Source: Patescibacteria group bacterium | GTDB taxonomy: Bacteria > Patescibacteriota > Microgenomatia > 0-14-0-10-38-17 | DNA length: 64,000 bases | NCBI GenBank assembly: GCA_050953885.1 | Contig: JBMNNJ010000002.1 | Coordinates: 124,140 to 188,139 of the forward strand | Reading direction: 5' to 3' | Shown: one piece after another, positions 35,248 through 44,826 of the stretch | How the letters are laid out: each line of letters opens with the position of its first letter | How positions within the stretch are numbered: position 1 is the first letter of the stretch | Made by a program: the position numbers and the translations under genes | Notes under the pieces: generated by a model | What the model was told of the DNA's origin: nothing | The model's input: only the letters and a program-made list of their open reading frames with translations | Database searches by the model: none

Positions 35248-38200
35248 ATGCTTTTAAACCCCGAGCAAAAAGCGGCTATTACTTATAAAGGCGGACCGCT
35301 TTTGATCATCGCCGGCGCCGGCACGGGCAAAACCACGGTGATCACCGAAAGAATTAAGCATTTAATTCTTAAGGAAAAAGCGGCTACCGACCAAATTCTG
35401 GCCTTAACTTTTACCCAAAAGGCCGCCGGCGAAATGGAAGAGCGGGTGGACATCGCCCTTCCCTACGGCTACACCGATCTTTGGGTGATGACCTTTCATG
35501 CTTTCTGCGACCGGCTTTTGCGCAACGAGGCGGCTCAAATTGGCTTAAATCCTGACTATCGCTTAGCCAGCGAAGCCGAATCCCTAAAACTTCTTCAAGA
35601 TAATCTTTTTTCCCTCCCTCTAAATTATTTTCGCCCTCTTGGCAATCCCACCCGTTTTTTGGACGGTCTTTTCCGTCATTTTTCCCGGCTTAAAGACGAA
35701 GATGTAAGCCCCGAAGAATATCTTCTCTGGGCTAAAAATTTAAAAACCGAAAAAGAGGAAAAGGAAAAATATCAGGAGCTGGCTAAGGTTTACCAAAAAT
35801 ATGAAGAAATTAAAGTTAAAAAGGGGCTGATGGACTTTGGTGACCTAATTACCCAAGTGTTAACTCTTTTTAGAAAGCGGCCCAATGTTTTGCGCCAATA
35901 CCGGCAAAAGTTTGCCCACATTTTAATCGACGAGTTTCAGGATACCAACATTGCCCAGTACCAGCTTTTAAAGCTTTTGGCCCCGCCCAAAACCAACCCC
36001 GATTTAACCATCGTCGCCGATGATTCCCAATGCCTGCCAAAAGAAACAAAAATTACCCTCCTTAAAGAAGAAAAAAGAATTGACCAAATTAAGCCGGGAG
36101 AAAAAATATTAACCGCGGTCGGCAAGGGATATACCTCTGTCAGCAAAGTCAGGCGCGTTTTTAAAAGAAAAGCGCGGGTGCGTCTGCTCACCTTTGAACT
36201 TGAAAGCGGCCAAAAAATCACCGTTACCGATAATCATAAAATGTTTTGCTATCTTTCTTCAGTAGAAAAAGATGATCGTTATTATCTCTATTTAATGGCC
36301 CAAAAGAAATACGGCTGGCGCTTGGGAATAACCCGAGATTTGTCAACACGGTTGAAAATAGAACCCCCTGCTGACAAAATCATTGGCATCGGCTCTTACG
36401 CCAGCGAAGAAGAGGCGCGCTATTATGAAGCCCTATATGCGGCCAAATATGGTTTGCCGACCGTTCCTTTTAATTCCCGCCCCCATCAGGCCATTAGCGG
36501 GGCTTGGCGGGATAAACTCTTTGCCGCCATTAACACCCGGGAAAAAGCGCAAAAGCTGGCCGACGATCTTCACTTAGAATTAGATTCTCCTCATTGCCTT
36601 GCCGATGGCGTGGTTCGCGGCGAAACAGAAAGAGTTAAGATTAATTTGGAAATGTGTCATCGCTGTTACCCAAGTAAGTATGACCGGGAAGGATTCTTGC
36701 CAAATCCCCAAGTGCTCCACCTGGTCAGGATGGAAACATCATCCGCAAAAATGATTGCCAAATTGAAAAAAGCCGGTTTTAAGCTTCACCCGACAAAAAA
36801 GGGAGAAAAATATCAATTAAGCACCGCCGATTTAAAAAAAGCGTGGGAGATAGCGTTAAAATTAGCAGAATTAACCGGAGGAGTTTTAGATAAAAAGTTC
36901 GCCGTCGGTAAAGTTCAACGCCAAACCAGAGCGGCCAGAATAATGCCTGCCAGCCATATTTTAGTAGGTAATTATCTGCCGGTTTTACAAAATAAGGAAA
37001 TTGTTTATAAAAAGGTAATTAAACGGGAAGAAAAAGTGGCTACCAAAACTGTTTACGACTTAGAGGTGGAGCGGACCCATAACTTTATTGCCAACGGGGT
37101 GGTGGTTCACAACTCAATTTATAAGTTCCGCGGCGCCGCCGTTTCCAACATTCTCCAGTTTAAAAAAGACTATCCTCAAGCAAAAATGGTCAGCCTGATT
37201 AAAAATTATCGGTCTTATCAGGAAATTTTAGACGCCTCCTACCGGCTGATTAAAAATAACGACCCCGACACCTTAGAAGCCCGGCTTAAAATAAGCAAAA
37301 ACTTAAAAAGTCAGCGGGGGGAGGGGGGGGAGGTAGAATTTTGGCATTTTAACCGCTTCGATGAGGAGGCCGAAGCGGTGGCACGAAAAATTAAAGAAAT
37401 GGTTAAAGAAGGCAAATATGCTTATGGCGATTTTGCCATTCTCCTGCGCACCAACCGCGCCGCCCAAAATTTCATCCAAAGCCTGCGCTACCAGCAAATT
37501 CCCTACCAGTTTTTGGGTCCGGGCCTTCTTTTCCATCAACCGGAAATTAAAGACTTAATTGCCTATCTTTCTTTCCTGACAAACCCCAACGATAACCTTC
37601 CCCTTTATCGACTGCTCCGCCTTCCTCCCTTTGGCCTTTCCGGCCGCGACTTGGCCGTGCTTAACGGTTTTGCCAAAAATGCCGGCCTTTCTCTTTTTGA
37701 AGCCATCAGCATCATCGCCAACCCGGCAGAAAAACCGGCTAATTTGCCCCTGCCGTTCTTAAGCCTTCAGGGAAGAAAAACCTTAGAAAAAATCACCCGT
37801 CTTTTAAATCGCCATCTGGAATTAACCAAAAAAGAAAAAAGCGCCGGCCAAATGCTTTATTATTTCTTACAAGATTCCGGACTTTTGGCAAAAATGGGCG
37901 AGGTGAAAACGGTAGAGGGGGAACGTCAGATAAAAAATGTTGCCCGTTTTTTTGAGAAACTGCGCCAATATGAGCTTGATCATGAGGACAGCTCTCCGGA
38001 AGCGGTTTTATCATGGATTAATCTTTCTCTTTCCTTGGGCGAAAGCCCTTTAGCCTCCGAAGTTGACTGGGGCGAGGAAAACCGCGTTAACCTCCTCACC
38101 GTTCATTCGGCCAAGGGCTTGGAATTTCCGGTGGTTTTTTTGGTTAATTTGGCGGCCAATCGTTTCCCCCTTCCCCAGCGCCGGGAACAAATTCCCATTC

Positions 38201-39222
38201 CCGAGGCCTTAATTAAAGAAATCCTCCCCCAGGGGAATTATCACGAACAGGAAGAACGACGGCTTTTTTATGTGGGGATGACGCGGGCGGCCGACTGCCT
38301 TTTCTTAACCGCCGCCGATTATTACGGCGAGAAAAGAAAAAGCCGAATTTCTCCCTTTGTTTTTGAAGCTTTAGGCGAAAAAAACCTTACCAATAAAATT
38401 TCCTCGCCCCTTTCTTTAGCCGAACAGCTTTCAATTTTTAAGTTCGAGGAGACAACGGAAAAAGAGGAAAAGGAGGAAAAGGAGGAAAAATTTATCCTCC
38501 CACCCAAAATTTCTTTTTCCCAACTTGAGACCTTTGAACATTGCCCCGCCCAATTTTACTACGCCTACCTTAAACGCCTGCCCACCCCGCCCACCGGCAA
38601 TCAAAATTTTGGCAGCACGATTCACAAAACCCTTCTTAACTTTTACCAAGCGGTTTTGAATAACCAAGAGGTTAGCCTTGACCTGCTTTTAAGTCTTTAC
38701 GAGAAAAACTGGCTTCCCTTTGGCTTTAAAAGCCGCGCCTGGGAAAAACGGCTTAAAAAAGAAGGCGAGCAAATGTTGAGGCGTTTTTTTAAAGAAGGTT
38801 TTAGTCCGGCCAATAAACCGCTTTTTCTGGAAAAACGTTTTGTTTTTCCCCTTAAGAATTGGCGGCTTTCGGGAGTGATTGACCGGGTGGATAAAACAAG
38901 CAAGGGGTACGAGATTATTGATTACAAAACCGGCAAGGTAATGGCCGATAAGGAAATTGAAAAAAGCCTCCAGATGACCGTTTACGCCTTGGCCGCCACC
39001 GATCCGGGCATTTTGGGCGCCAAACCGGAAGAAATTACCGCCACTTTTTACTTTTTATCCGAAGGGGTGAAGAAAAGTGTCCAGAAAAGCGCCGCCCAGC
39101 TTGAGAAAGGCAGGGAAGAATTGCTTAAACGTCTTGAGGCGTTACAGAATGATAAATTTTTGCCAAAACCGGGCTTTTGGTGCGACTTTTGCCCCTATCG
39201 CGCCCTTTGCGATGCGTGGTAA
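35248..39222 (+). CDS. UvrD/PcrA-like superfamily 1 helicase fused to a C-terminal PD-(D/E)XK (RecB/Cas4-like, Cys-cluster) nuclease domain, interrupted by an intein
   Basis: Walker A GAGTGKTT, DEFQDTN, and motif III split as VADDSQ|intein|SIYKFRGA. C-terminal nuclease region IDYKTGK… and CDFCPYRALC. Confidence 0.8.
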   Translation: MLLNPEQKAAITYKGGPLLIIAGAGTGKTTVITERIKHLILKEKAATDQILALTFTQKAAGEMEERVDIALPYGYTDLWVMTFHAFCDRLLRNEAAQIGLNPDYRLASEAESLKLLQDNLFSLPLNYFRPLGNPTRFLDGLFRHFSRLKDEDVSPEEYLLWAKNLKTEKEEKEKYQELAKVYQKYEEIKVKKGLMDFGDLITQVLTLFRKRPNVLRQYRQKFAHILIDEFQDTNIAQYQLLKLLAPPKTNPDLTIVADDSQCLPKETKITLLKEEKRIDQIKPGEKILTAVGKGYTSVSKVRRVFKRKARVRLLTFELESGQKITVTDNHKMFCYLSSVEKDDRYYLYLMAQKKYGWRLGITRDLSTRLKIEPPADKIIGIGSYASEEEARYYEALYAAKYGLPTVPFNSRPHQAISGAWRDKLFAAINTREKAQKLADDLHLELDSPHCLADGVVRGETERVKINLEMCHRCYPSKYDREGFLPNPQVLHLVRMETSSAKMIAKLKKAGFKLHPTKKGEKYQLSTADLKKAWEIALKLAELTGGVLDKKFAVGKVQRQTRAARIMPASHILVGNYLPVLQNKEIVYKKVIKREEKVATKTVYDLEVERTHNFIANGVVVHNSIYKFRGAAVSNILQFKKDYPQAKMVSLIKNYRSYQEILDASYRLIKNNDPDTLEARLKISKNLKSQRGEGGEVEFWHFNRFDEEAEAVARKIKEMVKEGKYAYGDFAILLRTNRAAQNFIQSLRYQQIPYQFLGPGLLFHQPEIKDLIAYLSFLTNPNDNLPLYRLLRLPPFGLSGRDLAVLNGFAKNAGLSLFEAISIIANPAEKPANLPLPFLSLQGRKTLEKITRLLNRHLELTKKEKSAGQMLYYFLQDSGLLAKMGEVKTVEGERQIKNVARFFEKLRQYELDHEDSSPEAVLSWINLSLSLGESPLASEVDWGEENRVNLLTVHSAKGLEFPVVFLVNLAANRFPLPQRREQIPIPEALIKEILPQGNYHEQEERRLFYVGMTRAADCLFLTAADYYGEKRKSRISPFVFEALGEKNLTNKISSPLSLAEQLSIFKFEETTEKEEKEEKEEKFILPPKISFSQLETFEHCPAQFYYAYLKRLPTPPTGNQNFGSTIHKTLLNFYQAVLNNQEVSLDLLLSLYEKNWLPFGFKSRAWEKRLKKEGEQMLRRFFKEGFSPANKPLFLEKRFVFPLKNWRLSGVIDRVDKTSKGYEIIDYKTGKVMADKEIEKSLQMTVYALAATDPGILGAKPEEITATFYFLSEGVKKSVQKSAAQLEKGREELLKRLEALQNDKFLPKPGFWCDFCPYRALCDAW
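36031..37113 (+). mobile_element. Intein (361 aa) inserted in helicase motif III (GDDxQ|SIYxFRGA)
   Basis: Block A CLPKETKITLL (Cys1), block B TVTDNH, C-terminal YDLEVERTHNFIANGVVVHN, and a +1 Ser. The central region has no clear LAGLIDADG motif; it contains a CHRC pair. Confidence 0.75.
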
Positions 39223-39289
39223 CCCCGCCGTTTTCGTCCACAACTTTTACCAGGCGGTTATTTTTTGAACAACTTAAAATAGTCAAAGA

Positions 39290-39500
39290 GGCAAAATTTG
39301 CTTTCCTAAAACAGGCGGGGTTGATCTCAAATCTCAAATGGCAAATGGCAAAACTATCCACCTAAAATGGCGGATCCGCCGTCTGAGGCGGACATGGCAA
39401 ATGTTAAAACTTTTTTAAAGTTTAAGACGTTTTAGATTTTAGTTTTGAGTTGTAGATTTGATCCGCCAGCTGGCGGATTGCGATTTGAGATTTGCGATTT
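39290..39500. repeat. AT-rich palindromic element plus GC palindrome GATCCGCCAGCTGGCGGATTG (39461-39480), between convergent gene ends
   Basis: CAAATGGCAAATGGCAAAAC … CATGGCAAATGTTAAAAC … TTTTGAGTTGTAGATTTG, followed by CCGCCAGCTGGCGG. Confidence 0.65.
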
Positions 39501-39502
39501 CT

Positions 39503-42500
39503 TTAAGGAATCACCTCCTGCCAAAGGTATGGCTTCTCGCGCAAAACTTTCGGGGCGGTGAAAAGATAGCTTGGGTCAAAGGTAAAAATCTCGGCGGGGG
39601 TAGTGGCGTTGGCACCGCTACGGAAATTTCTCTTCAGGAAAGCTCCTCCCCTAGGAACAAAAATCCCCTGACCATTAAACTGGCTATCGGTGGCCCCATT
39701 ACTTTCCACCGTCAGGTTTCCATCGGCAAAGTAGACTCCCTGGACTTTGGTAACACTTGGAGCAATGGTAATATTGCCGCTGACAATAAAGGCTAAAAAT
39801 CCGCCCGAGGTAACGCTGATGTTTTTGTTAATATTGAGGTTGTCTTCAACAAAAATAACCAGCTTTTGATTGGCACTAATAGAGAAGTTATCTTCATCAA
39901 GAGAAACGGCCATATCACCTGTCCCGTAGGGAGGATAATAATAAAGGCCGGCACTAGCGCCAACCAAAGCGGTTTTATTAATTGTACCTGATTTAATCAC
40001 CTTCACTCCGCTGTTGAAGCTTTCTTCTTTATTATCTTTAATCGCCAAGTCAACCAGATGGTCCAGTTTGTCGTAGGAGTAATCATTAAGAAGGGCTTGA
40101 GCAGAGCCGTCAATACTCCAGGCGTTGCCTTGAGTCTCCGTCGCTGTCCCTTCGCCAAAATCACGACTTGTTTCCGAGGGGGAGGAGATTAAACCAGAAT
40201 AGCCATTTAGGGCAAGAGAGAAATATTCCTTGCAGGTTGGACTCTCTACGCAAGCCTCAGGAATAGGAGAGGAAATGCCGCCACCGCCATGAACATCACC
40301 GCCTTGAGTTTGCCACCAAGGGTCGGGATGGGTAATATCAAAATACCAAACTGAAGAATCGGCGGTTAAAGCGCCATTGGAGGCTCTCACTCCCCAACAA
40401 TATCTTGTATCCCAAGAAAGATTTTCCAAAAATTTTTCAACCGTGCTACCGGAATCACTATCAGCACCGCCATCAAAGGTGAAGACAAAGTCTCGGCCGC
40501 CGACCAAGCTGCCAAAGCTAGGGCAAGGATTACCTTTACCAACATTTTTAACATAAAGAGAATACTGGTTATTACTCACGTCGCAATTGAACCCCCAACT
40601 GCTTAATTCGTACCAGATAAGATTAATTTTGTTCCTTTTAAGGGAAGTTCCGCTACTTGGGGAAATAAGAGAAGGAGCATCAGGGGCTTTATTAATACAA
40701 AATCTCCAAATGTCTGAATCTCTGGAAAGCGCCCCATTCGTTGCCACCACTTTCCAATAATAAGTGTTGCCCGCCTCAACGGTAACTGCTTGCTGTGTTG
40801 TACCTGAACCAACCGCGGCAACAACATCGCTTTCACTAAAGCTACTGCTTCCTTTCTTAAGATAGACCTTGTATTGATTGTTATTGACGTTACAATTTAC
40901 ACCCCAACTGCCTATCGGATTCCAATCTAAAGTAATCCTTGTGCTTGAAGTATGATAGTCATAGACAGGGGAGTAAAGGCTGGGTTTATCGGGGGCAACA
41001 TTTTCGCAGGATATAGAGAGACACTTTTTATCGTTTATCGCACAAGGTTGCCAACCGCTGCCGCAGTCATTGCTACTACAACCAGCTCCAGGACAACTAT
41101 CGCAAAACGCACTGCTGGTATAGTTGCAAAAGGGGTTGCCGGAACAGGCGCCGGGGCTATGAGGAATATCACAATGGAGATAATATTCTCCTACCGGCCA
41201 ATTAGAAGTAAGATTAATACTGTCATTGCAAAAACCACTGCCATTATTAGTGCAACGAGCCAGCTCATAATAACATTTTCCTCCGGAACAATATTTATTC
41301 AAATAGTCTGTCCCCTGGACCACTCCGGTCACCTCCCCACCGTCTCTTTTTTCTAACCATAGTCTTGTAGTTTCTCCGCTACCTAAACCGCTGCCGAAAA
41401 AGCTAACCTGAAATGGATCTGCCTGTTTTTTTATTTCCGAGGGGGCGTTGACAGAACATGTTTTAGAAGAACACTCCCAAAGGCGTAAATTATCAAAAGA
41501 TGCCCCCCAAGGCGTCCCCCACCAACCATAATAAGAAGTCCCTTTGCTTGCCAAATCCACCTTAAGAGAAGTATCGTCATAGGTATACCACAGGCATCTT
41601 TTAGTTTCCCAAGGGCCGTTGGGCTTAATACTCCCCCAACTCCCTCGATAATTATCAGTTAACTTATACCAAGCAGAGGACATGCCCCCTGATGATAACT
41701 TTATGTTTGGCCTCTGATAAGTCCTCTCCCCGCTAACAGACCCTCTTGCCCCCCAAGAAGAAATTTGTATTAAATAGTTAGTATTAGACTTTAAACCGGT
41801 AATTGTATTCGAAATATTATATTCAGGAGATGCATTACCTTCCTTGTAATTTGTAGAGCATAGTCCGGTGCTCTCCCCATTAGGGCAGCAAGACCCTCCT
41901 CCACAATGCTCCGGGTCCCAGGGACAACAGTCCCCACCTTGACCAATCACTCCATAAGGGTTACCAGCCCACATATTGTAGTAATTCTCAAAACGAGGAT
42001 TATACGCAGAAAGATTTACCTCCACTGGGGTTGTCCCCGCAGGGCAAGAGGTAGTCAAGCACGGCGGCGGTTGAGTTGGAATAGGACAAGTCCCCAATGT
42101 AATTTCGTCAGAAACCCCGCAAATGGGGTCGCTGCAAATATTACCCTCTTCCTCATTAGGAATATGGCCACCATAAGAAACTTCTAAAACATAACGGCCT
42201 TGAGGATAAGGACCTATGGGCATATCTTTTGCCCTACTATCAGGCGCCGCTTGCATATTAGTAATATTCCAAAAGCAAGATGACCAATTTTTACAACTCT
42301 CGCTACCAACGCTACAAACAACATAACCATAAGGAATACCGGAGTTCTCGGGTGAGCTAACTATTTTAACGTCTAATTGAGAGTAAGCGCAACCGCAATC
42401 AACAGAACCATGAATTGTTCTGGGGTCTTGTTTTACCTTAACTTCAACATAAGCATTACTAGTACAATCATTATACGTCCCCTCTACATTCATCTGCGCT

Positions 42501-43453
42501 GGGCACGCTTGCGGGGTGCAGCAATAAACTGTGTTAGGATCAGAACAGTAGCAATCTCTTTCTGCGGGGATTACTCTCCCCCCCACGCTGGAACAATCAT
42601 TTGCGTTTGGGGCGCACCATCTCCATTCACCTGATCTACAGTTTTCACAACTTTCTTGTGGAGTTGGTGTTACTGGCGTCGGGCCGCCGGGCGTCGGCGT
42701 CGGGCCGGCGGTGGGGGCAATAGTTTTAGTACAGGTAGCGGTATGTTCGGAGGTACAATTATTTGTCAAGGCCGTACTGGCAACCGAACAGCTATAAGTT
42801 GACCCAGCTGCCCCGGAAACGGTAAAACTGTAAGAAGGAGGATAATTGCAATTGAAAAGAAAAGAGTCGTTTATGCCCCCCCTATATACATCAACCCTTG
42901 TTTGATTTCCCGGAGTAAGAGTGGTCCCTGTGTAGAGAGATTTTCCGTTGATGTAGCTATTAATGGAAATAGTATCACTAGTGTTATTCTTTAGCGTTAA
43001 ATAAATCCTCGACAGGGGATATCCTGTATCACTCTTAGAAATACTGCCATTAGTAACCGTGCTTGTTACCGAATTTACAGGGCATTTGTTTGCTAAAGTA
43101 GCATACCAATAAATTGTTTTTGACTCACCCCTTGAAAGGGTATAGTCATATCTTAATCTCCCCCCATCCCACCTCCAATCACTGGGAGAAACACTAGAAT
43201 AATTCTCTGTTTGGACAGTAGCATACAAAATGCCTGACCTCACTACTTCATCATTGTTGGCAATAACTGTTTTCCACGCTATCCCTGCGCCGGGTTGAAG
43301 ATAGGGATGAGGATAACCACCCGAGTCATTAACAGTATACTGAAGAGAAATTTCCGCCCTCGCTGGTATGATTAATGGGTTTTTCTTAACTGGCAAAAAA
43401 CATAAAAACAAAACTAACAGTTTTAGGATGAATAAAAAAAATTTTTTAGCCAT
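39503..43453 (-). CDS. Very large (1316 aa) secreted Cys-rich cell-surface protein with duplicated FN3-like domains (putative adhesin)
   Basis: Signal peptide MAKKFFLFILKLLVLFLCF, a TPTPGGPTPVTPTP linker, dense Cys clusters, two paralogous ~100-aa modules (…NNQYKVYLKKG…YYWKVVATNGAL… and …NNQYSLYVKNVG…RYCWGVRASNGAL…), and a Gly/Asn-rich C-terminal region. Confidence 0.65.
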   Translation of the reverse strand: MAKKFFLFILKLLVLFLCFLPVKKNPLIIPARAEISLQYTVNDSGGYPHPYLQPGAGIAWKTVIANNDEVVRSGILYATVQTENYSSVSPSDWRWDGGRLRYDYTLSRGESKTIYWYATLANKCPVNSVTSTVTNGSISKSDTGYPLSRIYLTLKNNTSDTISINSYINGKSLYTGTTLTPGNQTRVDVYRGGINDSFLFNCNYPPSYSFTVSGAAGSTYSCSVASTALTNNCTSEHTATCTKTIAPTAGPTPTPGGPTPVTPTPQESCENCRSGEWRWCAPNANDCSSVGGRVIPAERDCYCSDPNTVYCCTPQACPAQMNVEGTYNDCTSNAYVEVKVKQDPRTIHGSVDCGCAYSQLDVKIVSSPENSGIPYGYVVCSVGSESCKNWSSCFWNITNMQAAPDSRAKDMPIGPYPQGRYVLEVSYGGHIPNEEEGNICSDPICGVSDEITLGTCPIPTQPPPCLTTSCPAGTTPVEVNLSAYNPRFENYYNMWAGNPYGVIGQGGDCCPWDPEHCGGGSCCPNGESTGLCSTNYKEGNASPEYNISNTITGLKSNTNYLIQISSWGARGSVSGERTYQRPNIKLSSGGMSSAWYKLTDNYRGSWGSIKPNGPWETKRCLWYTYDDTSLKVDLASKGTSYYGWWGTPWGASFDNLRLWECSSKTCSVNAPSEIKKQADPFQVSFFGSGLGSGETTRLWLEKRDGGEVTGVVQGTDYLNKYCSGGKCYYELARCTNNGSGFCNDSINLTSNWPVGEYYLHCDIPHSPGACSGNPFCNYTSSAFCDSCPGAGCSSNDCGSGWQPCAINDKKCLSISCENVAPDKPSLYSPVYDYHTSSTRITLDWNPIGSWGVNCNVNNNQYKVYLKKGSSSFSESDVVAAVGSGTTQQAVTVEAGNTYYWKVVATNGALSRDSDIWRFCINKAPDAPSLISPSSGTSLKRNKINLIWYELSSWGFNCDVSNNQYSLYVKNVGKGNPCPSFGSLVGGRDFVFTFDGGADSDSGSTVEKFLENLSWDTRYCWGVRASNGALTADSSVWYFDITHPDPWWQTQGGDVHGGGGISSPIPEACVESPTCKEYFSLALNGYSGLISSPSETSRDFGEGTATETQGNAWSIDGSAQALLNDYSYDKLDHLVDLAIKDNKEESFNSGVKVIKSGTINKTALVGASAGLYYYPPYGTGDMAVSLDEDNFSISANQKLVIFVEDNLNINKNISVTSGGFLAFIVSGNITIAPSVTKVQGVYFADGNLTVESNGATDSQFNGQGIFVPRGGAFLKRNFRSGANATTPAEIFTFDPSYLFTAPKVLREKPYLWQEVIP

Positions 43454-43469
43454 TTTAGCTATCTATTAA

Positions 43470-43991
43470 CTATTCTACCTCCCAATCCTTCTCATCAAAA
43501 AAAGGATTAGGACGGGCGAGTTCTCTGATTTGCGCTAAAACTTCAAGGATTTTTTGATTACGATTTTCGGGACTATCACCACTCGCATAATAAACCCCCA
43601 CCAACCAACCTACCGTAATTCTATAGTGTTCGTATTGGTCTAAATTTTCAGGAAACTTATTAGGATCAAGCTCATTTGCTTTTTCAAGATTCTTTAAAAT
43701 ATCTTGAGCTATCTCTGAATTTTCTCCTCCATAGGGTTCATAAATCTTAATAATATCGGCATAGAGTTGTTGCTCTGAAGAAAGAGACGGGGTTGTTGTC
43801 TGCTGGGAAGGCTCGGAGGTAATTATTTGATTCTCTTTTTTTAACTTAAACCAATAAATTCCTTCCCCGATTAGCGCTAAAATCACCAAACCTAACGCCA
43901 AATAAAGAAATATTGGCTTTTTTGCTTTTTCGGGAACTGGAGGAAAAGAAAGGTGGCTTAGCTGTTTTTCTTCCGGCGATAAATTTTCCAT
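43470..43991 (-). CDS. Single-pass membrane protein carrying the shared ~100-aa C-terminal domain X
   Basis: 173 aa with a TM (IFLYLALGLVILALIGEGIYWF). The C-terminus QQLYADIIKIYEPYGG…FFDEKDWEVE is identical to the C-terminus of the 44827 gene. Confidence 0.6.
   Translation of the reverse strand: MENLSPEEKQLSHLSFPPVPEKAKKPIFLYLALGLVILALIGEGIYWFKLKKENQIITSEPSQQTTTPSLSSEQQLYADIIKIYEPYGGENSEIAQDILKNLEKANELDPNKFPENLDQYEHYRITVGWLVGVYYASGDSPENRNQKILEVLAQIRELARPNPFFDEKDWEVE
43473..43777. repeat. 305-bp segment 100% identical to 44833-45137 (encodes domain X)
   Basis: Compared by eye across the whole length; no mismatches seen. Confidence 0.8.
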
Positions 43992-44066
43992 CTATTTAGA
44001 TAGTAAACAACCGGAAAACTTTTGTCAAGCCCGCCAAAAGAAGGCAAGATGAAGTAATAAAACGGG

Positions 44067-44747
44067 TTATTTTGACTTACAACAAATATCTTCTATCTCC
44101 TTACAAGCCTGAATAGAAGAAATAATCATCTCGCCGTCAGCTTTAGCGCAATCATTAATGTTGGTACACCAAGTTCCCTCCGGACATCCCCCCTCGGTAA
44201 GTTTTCCCAAAACTGCTTTAGCCGCATTCTGGCTATCGCAATCAGCAATTAATACGCTACACCATTCTCCGGACGAAGGATTACCGCCCGTAACAAATAC
44301 TCGCCATGCCCCTTCGCCTTCTTTCGCCCAATTGGCATAAAAAACTTCGGCCCGGGCACTACACGAATGAGGCCCTAATTCATTTTCTGGAAAAACCTGA
44401 TAAGTTTTGTATTTACGCACCTCCTGACATCCTTCTACCGAAGATAAAGGGATCTTCCAAACTAAATAAGAACCGGCTTCCCCCTCTTTTCCTTCTTGGG
44501 AAAAATTAGGGGCAGCAATTTCACCTTCCTGGTTATCCGCCAATAAGCGCGCTCCTAAAGTATCCTTGCTTAAATTCATTCTCACCACTTCGTTCGTTGC
44601 TTCGCTCCTTCTTTCTGCCAGAAAAGCTCCGGAAGCACTCCTGTCTTGACTTTCAGCACGTAAGAGCGGCGTTACCGCCGCACTCACAACTAGCAAACTT
44701 GTTCTTTTTAGAAAATCTCTTCGTGTTATCTGTTTTTCTTTATTCAT
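44067..44747 (-). CDS. Tat-signal secreted Cys-rich protein
   Basis: Twin-arginine motif TRRDFLKRTSLLVVSAAV and multiple Cys in the C-terminal half. Confidence 0.55.
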   Translation of the reverse strand: MNKEKQITRRDFLKRTSLLVVSAAVTPLLRAESQDRSASGAFLAERRSEATNEVVRMNLSKDTLGARLLADNQEGEIAAPNFSQEGKEGEAGSYLVWKIPLSSVEGCQEVRKYKTYQVFPENELGPHSCSARAEVFYANWAKEGEGAWRVFVTGGNPSSGEWCSVLIADCDSQNAAKAVLGKLTEGGCPEGTWCTNINDCAKADGEMIISSIQACKEIEDICCKSK

Positions 44748-44826
44748 ATAACACCTATTTTAAAATTATCTAGGTTCTAAGCAATGTATTCTTATATATA
44801 TCACAATCAAAGTTATAAGTCAAATT

